The notes: generated by a model from the sequence alone, not told the origin. A stretch of 64,000 nucleotides of DNA from Bacteroidota bacterium (GCA_016713925.1 JADJOH010000008.1:453840-517839), one strand, 5' to 3'. Shown: positions 48,556-58,405, numbered from the stretch's first letter. Made by a program: numbers and translations.

Positions 48556-48805
48556 GTTTACGAAGGCATAAAATTAACGAAATTGCGTGAGATTAGATCT
48601 GGGTAACACCGAAACCAAAACAGTAAGGTTGTTTATTAGAATGGAAGGAAATAGCTGCTGAGAAATTGGCAGCTTTTTCTTTCATTTCCATACTTAAAGC
48701 GTTTTTATGCAGCCCGCTATGATTTTTATTGTTGCAGGGAATACACAAAATAGTTATCAATAGTTGATGGGTAACAAACTGATCATTGATTAAAATCAGC
48801 GATGT

Positions 48806-48869
48806 TATCCTCTTATTTCAGCATATTTTACCCGAAGGGATGGTTAAAATATGCTGAAATAAGAGGATA
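48806..48869. promoter_or_regulatory. 25-bp perfect inverted repeat with a 14-nt loop (tatcctcttatttcagcatatttta - cccgaagggatggt - taaaatatgctgaaataagaggata)
   Basis: Direct reading. It lies about 115 bp upstream of the giant gene C ORF start, with no T-run after it. Confidence 0.5.
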
Positions 48870-48982
48870 GTCCTGATTGTATATGGCGCTAATGGTTTTG
48901 CGACCACCTAATATTAGGCATTGGGAAATGGAAGTTTATCCCGAACTTGCTTGATTATATTCCGTGAAAAATTCATGCTACA

Positions 48983-51481
48983 ATGATCACACGTCGTGTA
49001 TTGATGAAAACAAATAACCAACATATGAAAACAATTACCAGTTCACCAGGTTTGAATAAAGTCAGACCTGTTTATTTTTTGCTACTCTTTACTCTCAGTT
49101 TCATGACTTGTTTTGAGTCGGTAGCACAAGTTGCTTACAATTGGACGTCAACAACAGGTGGTACTTATACACAATTATCCGGAGGAGGTATAACAGTGAT
49201 TAATGCCAATGCCGGATTGTCATCAGGTCTGTCTAATAGTCAGGATGACGGAGCAGCTCTTGTTACACTGCCCTTCACATTTACGTACATGGGTAATCCG
49301 TTCACTGAGGTTACTTTTTGTACGAATGGCTGGATAGGAATGGGTAATCAGATGACCATTTCCGCCAGTAATTCGAGAGTTGGTGGAAACTTATTTACTG
49401 CAACCGCTCCCGTTAATACAATTGGTGTATGGTTTAAAGATATGGGCGCCAATTTTCCTGCCACTCAGCCGGGAACAGGTCCGGGTAGTATGCGACATGG
49501 TTTAACCGGAACAGATATTTATACCTTTCAATGGGATCAGGCTGTCGGCAGCAGCTTCAGCATTACCACAGCTAACCTTATCAGATTTCAAGTTTCTATC
49601 CATGGACCTGCTTCAGCCACGCCCGGCCGGATTGAATTGTTATATGGAACAACTACCGGAACTATAACTGCCACAGGAGCAGCTATAGGAATAGAAAATG
49701 CAACCGGAGGAACCAATAATTATATCAATGCATTAAACGGATTACAGAACTCAACAACTACTTCATCCGCATGGCCGGGTAATGGAAACGGATGGCGTTT
49801 CGATCCGCAAGCTCCCTGTGTCATTCCTGCTGATCAACCCACCGCATTAACATTAACCCCTGTTTCTACCTCTCAAATTGACGGTTCATTTACTCCGGCA
49901 GGCAGTACGCCTAATGGGTATTTAGTAGTGCGTTATCCTAATGGTGCGGCAACTACAAATCCTGTAAATGGCACTACCTATATAGCCGGGCAATCTCTTG
50001 GTTTGGGTACCGTTGTTTCGTTTGGAGCAGCTACAAGTTTTAGCACTACAGGTCTTACCGGAAGTACCACCTTTGATTATTACGTTTACGCCTATAATAA
50101 TTTACTTTGTTCAGGAGCACCTGCCTACAATACGACGATTAACGCCGGACAAAATTCAGGATCAGCTTCAACAAATGCCTGCGGTGTAATTGCATCTCCA
50201 ATAACTGTCGGACCTACAGGAACCTATCCTACTTTAAGCGGACCGGGTGGCGCCATTGCCGCTATTGCTACAACAGGTATTTCATCTCCACTGGTTATAG
50301 AAATGCAAAGCACTTATACCGGAGCAGGAGAAACCTATCCGATAACGATGTCTTATGATGCATGCATCACTGCTACTAATAATGTGACTATTCGTCCGGA
50401 AGTGTCGGCCACTTCTGCCATTTTAATTACCAGTAATCATGCGACTTCCACCATTGATATGAATGGAGCCAGTTTTATTACTATCGATGGCCGCCCGGGC
50501 GGATCTGGAACCGATAAATTTTTAACGATAGAGAATACCGGTACCACCGGTCAGTCGGTATTATTGAGAAACGAATCTTCTAACAACACACTTACCTATC
50601 TGGATGTCCGCGCTGCGAATGCGAACGGAGCGAACAATACAACTACAGCGTTGGCAGGAAGTACCATTCCCGGAGCAATTGCTATTGGTACTACTACCGG
50701 AGCAAATGGAAACGATAATAACACCATTTCATTCTGTGATGTACACAGTATTACCTCCGGTGGAAACCTTGGTGTCTGTATCTATGCTTATAATTCAACC
50801 GCAGCAGGTACAGCTTCCAATAATGATAACAACAGTATTATCAATAATAATATTTATGATTTCTTCCTTGGTGCTTTGGCTTCAGCAGGTATCAATGTTA
50901 CTCCGGGTAATAATAATTATAGTATTGCTAACAACCGTATTTATCAGACATCTTCCCTGACTTATACCGGCACACAAACGGTTCGTGGTATGTGGATCTC
51001 ACCTAATACAGGATCTTTAACCTCGGCAAGCGGTTATGTGATTTCAAACAATAGTATTGGTTACAGTACTTCTGCGGGTACGGGCACTTATACAATGACC
51101 GGTACAACCGCGTGGTTGTTTAGTGGGATGGATTTATCCTTAGGAATTGGTACTGCTTCTTCTGTTCAAAATAACACAATTACCAATTTTAATGTGACAT
51201 CCGGTAATACCGGCTCCACTGCTTTTGTTGGAATTAACGTCGCCAATGGTGTAGTAGATATTGGAACAGTTACAGGGAATTTAATCGGATCAAACACTGT
51301 AAATGGTGCAATTACTTTTACTGCTACCGCTAATACCGGAGGAGTTCTTGGTATCAGAACAGGTGGTGGAAGTTTAATCAACATAGCCAACAACCAGATT
51401 TCAGGAGTAGATTTGCTTTCATCTGTACTTACCGTAACACCCATATTCAATGGTATTGCCGTTTCCGGGGTACAACAGTGA
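48983..51481 (+). CDS. Giant cell-surface protein C, fragment 1 of 3 (832 aa); likely real start at Met15 (MKTITSS..., about 49025)
   Basis: Signal peptide ...FLLLFTLSFMTCFESVAQ. N-terminal module with LPFTFTYMGNPFTEVTFCTNGWIGMG; beta-helix-like Asn-rich repeats. It ends at a G4 run; the reading continues in the -1 frame (51478..51936). Confidence 0.8.
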   Translation: MITRRVLMKTNNQHMKTITSSPGLNKVRPVYFLLLFTLSFMTCFESVAQVAYNWTSTTGGTYTQLSGGGITVINANAGLSSGLSNSQDDGAALVTLPFTFTYMGNPFTEVTFCTNGWIGMGNQMTISASNSRVGGNLFTATAPVNTIGVWFKDMGANFPATQPGTGPGSMRHGLTGTDIYTFQWDQAVGSSFSITTANLIRFQVSIHGPASATPGRIELLYGTTTGTITATGAAIGIENATGGTNNYINALNGLQNSTTTSSAWPGNGNGWRFDPQAPCVIPADQPTALTLTPVSTSQIDGSFTPAGSTPNGYLVVRYPNGAATTNPVNGTTYIAGQSLGLGTVVSFGAATSFSTTGLTGSTTFDYYVYAYNNLLCSGAPAYNTTINAGQNSGSASTNACGVIASPITVGPTGTYPTLSGPGGAIAAIATTGISSPLVIEMQSTYTGAGETYPITMSYDACITATNNVTIRPEVSATSAILITSNHATSTIDMNGASFITIDGRPGGSGTDKFLTIENTGTTGQSVLLRNESSNNTLTYLDVRAANANGANNTTTALAGSTIPGAIAIGTTTGANGNDNNTISFCDVHSITSGGNLGVCIYAYNSTAAGTASNNDNNSIINNNIYDFFLGALASAGINVTPGNNNYSIANNRIYQTSSLTYTGTQTVRGMWISPNTGSLTSASGYVISNNSIGYSTSAGTGTYTMTGTTAWLFSGMDLSLGIGTASSVQNNTITNFNVTSGNTGSTAFVGINVANGVVDIGTVTGNLIGSNTVNGAITFTATANTGGVLGIRTGGGSLINIANNQISGVDLLSSVLTVTPIFNGIAVSGVQQ

Positions 51482-51936
51482 ATGTGACAAATAATACTAT
51501 AGGTAGTTTAACGCTTGCCAATAGTATCAATGCCGTTTCCGCATCTACTTCTACATCGATTCAATCGATTCGAGGTATTACAGTGAATAGTGGCGCAACT
51601 GCCAGAGTTGTTACCGGTAATATCATTGCCAATATGAATACGAATATTGCAGCTGTCGGAACACAGGCAACATCTATGCAGGGTATTCAGGTGACTGCAG
51701 GTACCGTTACTGTTTCTAACAATACAATTACCAACCTCAGTTCAAGTACGCAAACTACTTCCGGAGGTAATACTTCTGCTATTGTGGGAATTGCCTATTC
51801 CTCTACAACAGCACCTGCAACGATCAGTGGTAATACCCTTCATACATTGCGATTAACGAGTCCTCTTGCAACGGGAGCAACAACTTGTCAGGCGATTACT
51901 TTTTACAGGACCTACGACAGGAACCAATGTTATTGA
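51478..51936 (+). CDS. Giant cell-surface protein C, fragment 2 of 3 (152 aa, GTG-start artefact)
   Basis: It continues the Asn/Thr-rich beta-helix repeats (NNTITNLSS...). Reading passes into 51866..58132 if the T5 run near 51905 is read as T4 (...CQAITFTGPTTGTNVIEKNNIHSL). Confidence 0.75.
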   Translation: MNVTNNTIGSLTLANSINAVSASTSTSIQSIRGITVNSGATARVVTGNIIANMNTNIAAVGTQATSMQGIQVTAGTVTVSNNTITNLSSSTQTTSGGNTSAIVGIAYSSTTAPATISGNTLHTLRLTSPLATGATTCQAITFYRTYDRNQCY

Positions 51937-54900
51937 AAAGAATAACATTCATAGTTTATCGCTGGCTAACACGGCAAACACGTTAGGAGTTTTGTCGGGA
52001 ATGGATGTTGGATCAGGTCTGGTAACGATAAAAAATAACATGATTCGTTTGGGGCTTGATGAAAACGGAAACAGTGTAACTGCGGGCATCTTGATTCGCG
52101 GTATTTCAAGTAATTCTACGACTCAGAACATATACAATAACAGTATCTATATTGGTGGAACAGGAGTAGCTTCGTCAACTGTTAATTCAACCTGTTTTCA
52201 AAAGACAGGGGCTGTCGTTGCGGATGTCCGGAACAATATTTTCATGAACGACAGAAGCAATGCTGCCGGAACAGCGAAACACTATGCAGTTAATTTAAAC
52301 AACTCGACTTCACTCACATTAAATTACAATGATTACTACGGAACAGGTACAGGGTATGTGTTTGGATTTAACGGTACAACTGACTTTGCAACGTATTCAT
52401 CCGGTTGGGTGGCGAGTGATATCAACAGTCAGGCGGGCAATCCTGAATTTATCAATCCGGCAGGTACAGCAGCAACCGGAGATTTACATATTCATCCAAC
52501 TAATCAAACCATCATCGAACAAAATGGAACGAACATCGCTTCGGTAACAGATGATTTTGACGGACAATCACGTGCCGGATTCACTCCAGATGATATCGGT
52601 GCTGATGCAGGAAATTTTGCCGGATTCTTCTGCTCCGGTCCTCCCTCTTCTGCAACGGCTACCTTAGCAATTCCTGGTCAGGTGTGTGGTAATGTTACAA
52701 AAACGATGTTCCTCTCCGGATTTACTGCATTGCCGGGTTATACTTATCAGTGGCAAGAGTCAGCTACAGGTTTGCCGGGTTCATTTGTTAATGTTACCGG
52801 AGGTACAGGCGCAAATGCTATTAGTTACACTACCGCAATATTAAATGCCTCCATGTATTACCAATGTGAAATTGGTTGTTCATTTGGAGCAGGAACTACT
52901 ACTTCAAGTTCGGTTTTTGCAGACATACTTCCTGTACCAGTAATAACTGCTACACCGACTACCGGAACCAGCGTATGCAGCGGGGCTAATGTGGATTTAT
53001 CTGCCAGTGGTGCGAATACTTATACCTGGACTGTAAATCCGGGTGTGGCAGGTTATCCGGTAGTATCCTTGTTAACCACAAGGAATAATTTAGCTAATGT
53101 AACCTCAAGGCCAACTTCTACGCTTGCATCAAGTACTGCCACTCCTCCGGCCACTGTTGCAACTCCAACATGGACTTATACAGTAACCGGAACTGCATTG
53201 AATGGATGTACATCGCAAGCTGTGGTAGTTTTAAATGTGGTCACATCACCGGTTGTTCCTGTTCAGTTAACCTATACTTATTCACCTGACCCCGTATGTG
53301 CAACCGGAACGCCTGTAACCTTTACAGTAAATAATCCGGGAACTATTGGTGCAGGAAGCTGGGTGTACAATTGGTATGATCAATCCGGAACAACATTGCT
53401 TCAAAGCACTACCACTGCATCCGCTACAGATAACTATACCCCTACAACACCAGTTGCTAATGGTAATTATATTTATCAGGTACGTGCGAGCAATACGGAG
53501 TGCCCTGCATCGTATGCAGTAGCATCACCTTCGTATTTTGTTGGTTATACTTCATTGAATGTTGTTTCGGACGCGAATTGTGGTGATAACGGAGTAGCGA
53601 CCGTTTATCCGGAAGGACAAAACAGTTTCACAACATGGTATTCGAATAATTTTGCTACCGGCCTACAAGGACCTGCATTCGATGCATCCTTCGGTAATAC
53701 CAATTTTACAAGCGGAAGAGCCAATATCACCAATCAGGCAAATGGCCAGACCGGTGCTTTGGTCATCAGAAATTCTGCGTTCATCAATACAAACAATTTG
53801 CAGGTTGATTTTAAAATGTCAACAGGCCCCCGCGGATTTGCCTTTAATATATTAGGAGCAGATGGTATGTGTTGGAGTTATGGTGGAGATGTTACTGTAG
53901 GAACAGTGACAACAGGAGGACAAGGTGAAGGAGGGTCAGGTACAGGACTTAAGCTTGCATTTGATGCAACGGCAAACGGGCCGAACAATCAGCCGGGTTG
54001 TTACCTCATGTTTAATTGTACAGTAGTAGGGCAGGGTCCCGGTGATCCCGGAGTACTTGCTTATAAGTTAGGATCCTGGTGGCAGGGACTGGTGGATGCA
54101 CCTGTTGCGATCATCATCAGTCAGAATGGATTTGTAACAGTAACCGTAAACAATGAGGTGATTTTTGATCATGTACCCTTGCCGGCCTCTTATCTCACCA
54201 GCAATAAAAGCAACTGGATACATTCGTTCACTGCACGTACGGGTGGTTCAAACCAATTACATGCTATTGACGATTTAAATATTCGTTATAATAGTTACGA
54301 GTATAGCAACAACAGTACGACCGGTTTAGATGGAACATGGCAATCTTCAAATACCTTCTCAGGACTGGCAGCAGGTACCTATCCGTTATGGGTACGTAAT
54401 CCTGTAGATCCTACCTGCGTTTCGAATGTGGGTAATGCCATTATTGGAACCAGTCCTTCGCCTTCATCAGCCATTACTGTTGCTGCGCCTGGTTTTAATA
54501 CAACCATTTGTGCAGGAAGCAGTACTGATTTAACTACGGATGTTTCTATTCCGGGTGCTGTCTTTTTATGGGAAACAGCCGCTTCAGTAGGAGGTCCTTA
54601 CTCGCCGGCACCGGGAGTAAACAATACCGCCATCTACTCGACAGGTACTTTATTGGCGAGTGCTTACTATCGTTGTACTTTTACTTGTCCGAGCTCTTCT
54701 CCTGTGACCTCTACACCTGTATTGGTAACCGTTAACAGCGGAACGATTACTTCAACGAATTCACCTCAACAAGTAAACTGTCTGAACAGTATAGCTACTG
54801 TTACCGCTAACCCCGGACCGAATACAACAATTGTTTGGTATGCCAGTCCAAGTGGGGGTTCACCATTGTTTTCAGGAAACAGTTATTCCGTCACCCCTTC

Positions 54901-57900
54901 ATCGTTTCCTTCGACGTACTATGCGGAGCCTGTAACAACAACTTTTACCAATCATTATGATTTAGGAGGGGAAAAATCTGTGGGTGGAAATTTAAATGGC
55001 GGATCTGCAGCCGGTATCAATATTTCAAGTAAATTTAATACGACGGCAAGTATCAGAATTGACAGTATTAAGGTGCTTCCAAATGCTGCCGGTACACTTA
55101 CGGTTGCCTTACAGAATGCAGGATCTGCCACTAATATTTCTTCGTTTAATCAAACAATTTTAGCAGCGCAGGTGGGAACCTTTGTAAATGTTCCGGTGAA
55201 CTTTGTGGTAACCGGTTCAGGAAATTACCAGTTGACAACAAGTGGAGTAACCTGTTCCTATAATCCTACTTATCCTCCGGCCAACTATGGCCTTTCTTAC
55301 ATGAATCTGGGAGGAGTATTCTCCATTGTGGGTGGTTCAACAACACCAACAGGTGCTACCAGTACAAGTGTATATGGAACTTCGTATAATTGGAGTATTA
55401 CTACTTCCTGTCCGACAGGTGGTGCCAGAGTACCTGTGGTTGTGGATATAAACCCTGCGAGTCTGGTGACCGTAAATCCATCATCATCTACTTTCTGTGT
55501 GGGAGGTTTTGCACAACTCGTAGCTTCCAGCCCGACAGTATATAGTGATTACGGATGGTCTCCGGTAACTAATCTTTTCATTGATTCCCTGGGAACAATT
55601 CCATATACCGCAGGAACCAATGAAGATACTGTTTATGCGATTCCTGCTGCGGGAGGTTCAATCACCTATACTGCTTCTACTGCTGTAACCGGATGTACCA
55701 ATACTGCTACTGCTGTTGTTACAGGAAACCCTTCTCCAATAATAACGGCTACAACTACTACGCCTGTATTATGTAATGGTGATACAGCTCAGATTTCTGT
55801 AAACATCACTTCGCCGGTTTCTGTTAACTATTCCGTTACTTCTATCCCTCATGCTCCGTTGGATCCCACCGGTTCAAGTGATTGGGGAGCCGGTCCTTCC
55901 GGTGATGATTCGCAGGTAGCAACTACTCTTCCGTTTCCTTTCACGTATTTCGGAACGGCGTATACAAATGTGAGTATTTACTCAAATGGATTCATTCAGT
56001 TTGGAACCAGCAGTAACTCTACTACTGTATATGGTGCAAACATTCCAAGTGCTGCTAACCCAAATAATATTGTCGCTCTGGCCTGGGAAGATTTTAACGT
56101 TGTATCTCCGGATAGTATTCGTTTCTATACTGTAGGTGCTGCTCCTAACCGTCAGTGGGTAGCCGAATGGGTGAACGTTGACTTCTTTACTACAGGAGGT
56201 AATGTCAGTGGACAGATTGTTTTAAATGAGGCGGACAACACGATCGATATTTATCATACTAATATTGATAACAATGGTAATCAGACGGCTTGTGGTGTTG
56301 AAAACAGTAACGGTACCGCCGGTTTTACACCTCCGAGCCGTAATTTCTCGTTATGGACTCCTAATCCGGTTGTGAATGAAGCCTGGAAGTTTACGCCTCT
56401 TCCTGCCACAAATATCAGTTGGTCGGGTGCTAATATCATTGGCTCTTCCACTGAAGCGAATATTCAGGCTAATCCTCCTTCTTCCGGTTACTTCACTGTC
56501 ACCGTCACAAATCCGCTCAATGGATGTACAAGAGCTGATTCAGTATTGATTAGTTCAAGTGTGAATCCTAAACCTGTCATCACTGACAACGACACTACCT
56601 TGTGTAACCCTGATTTCATTTACGTGAATGTGGTGGATACCGGTGCATTTGTTGGCGGCTATCCTGCAGGTACAAACTTTACCTGGAGCGCTATCGGAGT
56701 TGCGATTCCTGATCTGGATTCTATCAGCTCAAGCAATGGTTCTTCTTACTCAGTTATCATTACACTGCCTAGCGGATGTTCTGCAAGTTCTGATACCGCT
56801 ACTATCCTGACCAAGTCGGTGGCGGTAGTGGATGTGATTACTCCTGCAAGTTGTACCACAGGTGGTTCAATCGCTGTAACCGTAACCAGCGGATTACCGA
56901 ACTATAATTACATCTGGTCCACCGACCTTGCTCAAACCAATATCATCAGCAACGTAACGAAGGCGAACAATCAGGATACATTAAGTAACCTGACCGCCGG
57001 TACTTATTACCTGCAGGTATATGATGAAGCGGGAAGTCCTGCCTCTTGTAATTCCGGTGTATTGACCTATGTTGTTTCGGGATCCTCTCCGATCGTGATC
57101 GATTCAGTGATTGGAACAGATATCTCCTGTAACGGATTTGCTGATGGATCAGCCACCGTATTCTGGACCGGAGGAACTGCGCCATACAACATCTTGTGGA
57201 GCGATGGAAATACCAACGCAACGCGTGCAGTTACTGCCGCTGCTACATTAACGGTGATTGTATCGGATAACTCCGGTTGTGCAGATACATCATCTGTTAC
57301 CATCAATGAGCCTGCATCAATTACCCTGACCCTTTCATCTACTAACGAAAGCGCCCCCGGTGCTAACGACGGTACAGCTTCAGTAGTAATAGCAGGTGGA
57401 ACTCCCGGCTATGTCATTGAGTGGTACGATGCATTATTTACATTGATTGGTAGCGGTACTCCAATTACAGGTCTTACAGGTGGAACGTATACGGCTGTGG
57501 TAACAGACACCAACGGTTGTCAAGGATTTGATAACGTAGTGATCACGACTAACACCAACGCTATTCTTAATCTGACCATGCTGATTGAAGGTATGTATGA
57601 TGGAGCAGGCGGATTGGTGCCGGCCTTACTGAATTCAGGAGTAGGCGTTAGTTTGACAGAATGTGATACGATCCGTGTAGAAATCCGTGATCAGTTAACC
57701 CCTGGCAATATTCTGGCTTCCGGAACAGCAGTACTTGGCACCAATGGCCAGGCGAGCTTTACTTTCCCGGCTGCCATTAACGGTGCTAACGGTTACATCG
57801 CGGTGTTCCATCGTAACGCGGTACAGACATGGAGTGATTTGCTCACCTTCTCTGCTACAACGAACTACAACTTCACCACTGCGGCTACTCAGGCCTTCAG

Positions 57901-58132
57901 TTCCAATATGATTGCTGTAGCGCCGGGCGTATTCGCGTTTTACAGTGGCGATATCGCTCCACAGGATGACGTGGTGGATATTACCGATCAGGGCTATGTA
58001 GGAAATGATATCTTGAACTTTGCTTCCGGCTATGTACCAACGGATGTATCGGGAGATGGAGTAGTGGATATCACCGATCAGGCGATTGTAGATAATAACA
58101 TCTTAAACTTCATTGGATCGATTCATCCATAA
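51866..58132 (+). CDS. Giant cell-surface protein C, fragment 3 of 3 (2088 aa): beta-helix, Ig-like modules, lectin-like domain, SprB repeats, shared C-terminal dockerin-like module
   Basis: The motif LPFPFTYFGTAYTNVSIYSNGFIQFG recurs (also in fragment 1). A possible L-type lectin-like segment reads ...GLKLAFDATANG...HAIDDLNIRY. The last 1573 nt are near-identical to the 3' end of gene B. It ends ...DVSGDGVVDITDQAIVDNNILNFIGSIHP. Confidence 0.85.
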   Translation: MQREQQLVRRLLFTGPTTGTNVIEKNNIHSLSLANTANTLGVLSGMDVGSGLVTIKNNMIRLGLDENGNSVTAGILIRGISSNSTTQNIYNNSIYIGGTGVASSTVNSTCFQKTGAVVADVRNNIFMNDRSNAAGTAKHYAVNLNNSTSLTLNYNDYYGTGTGYVFGFNGTTDFATYSSGWVASDINSQAGNPEFINPAGTAATGDLHIHPTNQTIIEQNGTNIASVTDDFDGQSRAGFTPDDIGADAGNFAGFFCSGPPSSATATLAIPGQVCGNVTKTMFLSGFTALPGYTYQWQESATGLPGSFVNVTGGTGANAISYTTAILNASMYYQCEIGCSFGAGTTTSSSVFADILPVPVITATPTTGTSVCSGANVDLSASGANTYTWTVNPGVAGYPVVSLLTTRNNLANVTSRPTSTLASSTATPPATVATPTWTYTVTGTALNGCTSQAVVVLNVVTSPVVPVQLTYTYSPDPVCATGTPVTFTVNNPGTIGAGSWVYNWYDQSGTTLLQSTTTASATDNYTPTTPVANGNYIYQVRASNTECPASYAVASPSYFVGYTSLNVVSDANCGDNGVATVYPEGQNSFTTWYSNNFATGLQGPAFDASFGNTNFTSGRANITNQANGQTGALVIRNSAFINTNNLQVDFKMSTGPRGFAFNILGADGMCWSYGGDVTVGTVTTGGQGEGGSGTGLKLAFDATANGPNNQPGCYLMFNCTVVGQGPGDPGVLAYKLGSWWQGLVDAPVAIIISQNGFVTVTVNNEVIFDHVPLPASYLTSNKSNWIHSFTARTGGSNQLHAIDDLNIRYNSYEYSNNSTTGLDGTWQSSNTFSGLAAGTYPLWVRNPVDPTCVSNVGNAIIGTSPSPSSAITVAAPGFNTTICAGSSTDLTTDVSIPGAVFLWETAASVGGPYSPAPGVNNTAIYSTGTLLASAYYRCTFTCPSSSPVTSTPVLVTVNSGTITSTNSPQQVNCLNSIATVTANPGPNTTIVWYASPSGGSPLFSGNSYSVTPSSFPSTYYAEPVTTTFTNHYDLGGEKSVGGNLNGGSAAGINISSKFNTTASIRIDSIKVLPNAAGTLTVALQNAGSATNISSFNQTILAAQVGTFVNVPVNFVVTGSGNYQLTTSGVTCSYNPTYPPANYGLSYMNLGGVFSIVGGSTTPTGATSTSVYGTSYNWSITTSCPTGGARVPVVVDINPASLVTVNPSSSTFCVGGFAQLVASSPTVYSDYGWSPVTNLFIDSLGTIPYTAGTNEDTVYAIPAAGGSITYTASTAVTGCTNTATAVVTGNPSPIITATTTTPVLCNGDTAQISVNITSPVSVNYSVTSIPHAPLDPTGSSDWGAGPSGDDSQVATTLPFPFTYFGTAYTNVSIYSNGFIQFGTSSNSTTVYGANIPSAANPNNIVALAWEDFNVVSPDSIRFYTVGAAPNRQWVAEWVNVDFFTTGGNVSGQIVLNEADNTIDIYHTNIDNNGNQTACGVENSNGTAGFTPPSRNFSLWTPNPVVNEAWKFTPLPATNISWSGANIIGSSTEANIQANPPSSGYFTVTVTNPLNGCTRADSVLISSSVNPKPVITDNDTTLCNPDFIYVNVVDTGAFVGGYPAGTNFTWSAIGVAIPDLDSISSSNGSSYSVIITLPSGCSASSDTATILTKSVAVVDVITPASCTTGGSIAVTVTSGLPNYNYIWSTDLAQTNIISNVTKANNQDTLSNLTAGTYYLQVYDEAGSPASCNSGVLTYVVSGSSPIVIDSVIGTDISCNGFADGSATVFWTGGTAPYNILWSDGNTNATRAVTAAATLTVIVSDNSGCADTSSVTINEPASITLTLSSTNESAPGANDGTASVVIAGGTPGYVIEWYDALFTLIGSGTPITGLTGGTYTAVVTDTNGCQGFDNVVITTNTNAILNLTMLIEGMYDGAGGLVPALLNSGVGVSLTECDTIRVEIRDQLTPGNILASGTAVLGTNGQASFTFPAAINGANGYIAVFHRNAVQTWSDLLTFSATTNYNFTTAATQAFSSNMIAVAPGVFAFYSGDIAPQDDVVDITDQGYVGNDILNFASGYVPTDVSGDGVVDITDQAIVDNNILNFIGSIHP

Positions 58133-58154
58133 GAAATATAATCTAAATTAAAAT

Positions 58155-58189
58155 AAGCGAGGTTACCAATAGGGTAGCCTCGCTTTTTC
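58155..58189 (+). terminator. Rho-independent terminator after giant gene C
   Basis: aagcgaggttacc-aat-agggtagcctcgctt followed by ttttt. Confidence 0.65.
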
Positions 58190-58219
58190 AATTTGATATA
58201 ATTTGAAATCTTAGTCAAA

Positions 58220-58405
58220 TTATTTCACAACAACAGGGCAGTTTCTGCGTGTAGAACAATTGGAAACGTTGCAACTGGTCAGCGAAGTGGGAGAGCCGCA
58301 GAAGTAGTCAGATTTTTTTCCTCCTACTCTTTGATGCATTTCAGATTCATTTAAGTTGGAGATGGTCATTTTGTTTAAGCTGAGTTTGTTGATTGTTTTT
58401 TTCAT
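58220..58405 (-). CDS. Candidate RiPP/bacteriocin precursor peptide with a Bacteroidota-type double-glycine leader and a Cys-rich core
   Basis: 61 aa. The leader reads MKKTINKLSLNKMTISNLNESEMHQRVGG; the core reads KKSDYFCGSPTSLTSCNVSNCSTRRNCPVVVK (4 Cys, Ser/Thr-rich). The leader pattern (MKK...KLSLNK..I..L...EM....GG) matches the GG-motif natural-product precursor families of Bacteroidota as I recall them. Confidence 0.6.
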   Translation of the reverse strand: MKKTINKLSLNKMTISNLNESEMHQRVGGKKSDYFCGSPTSLTSCNVSNCSTRRNCPVVVK

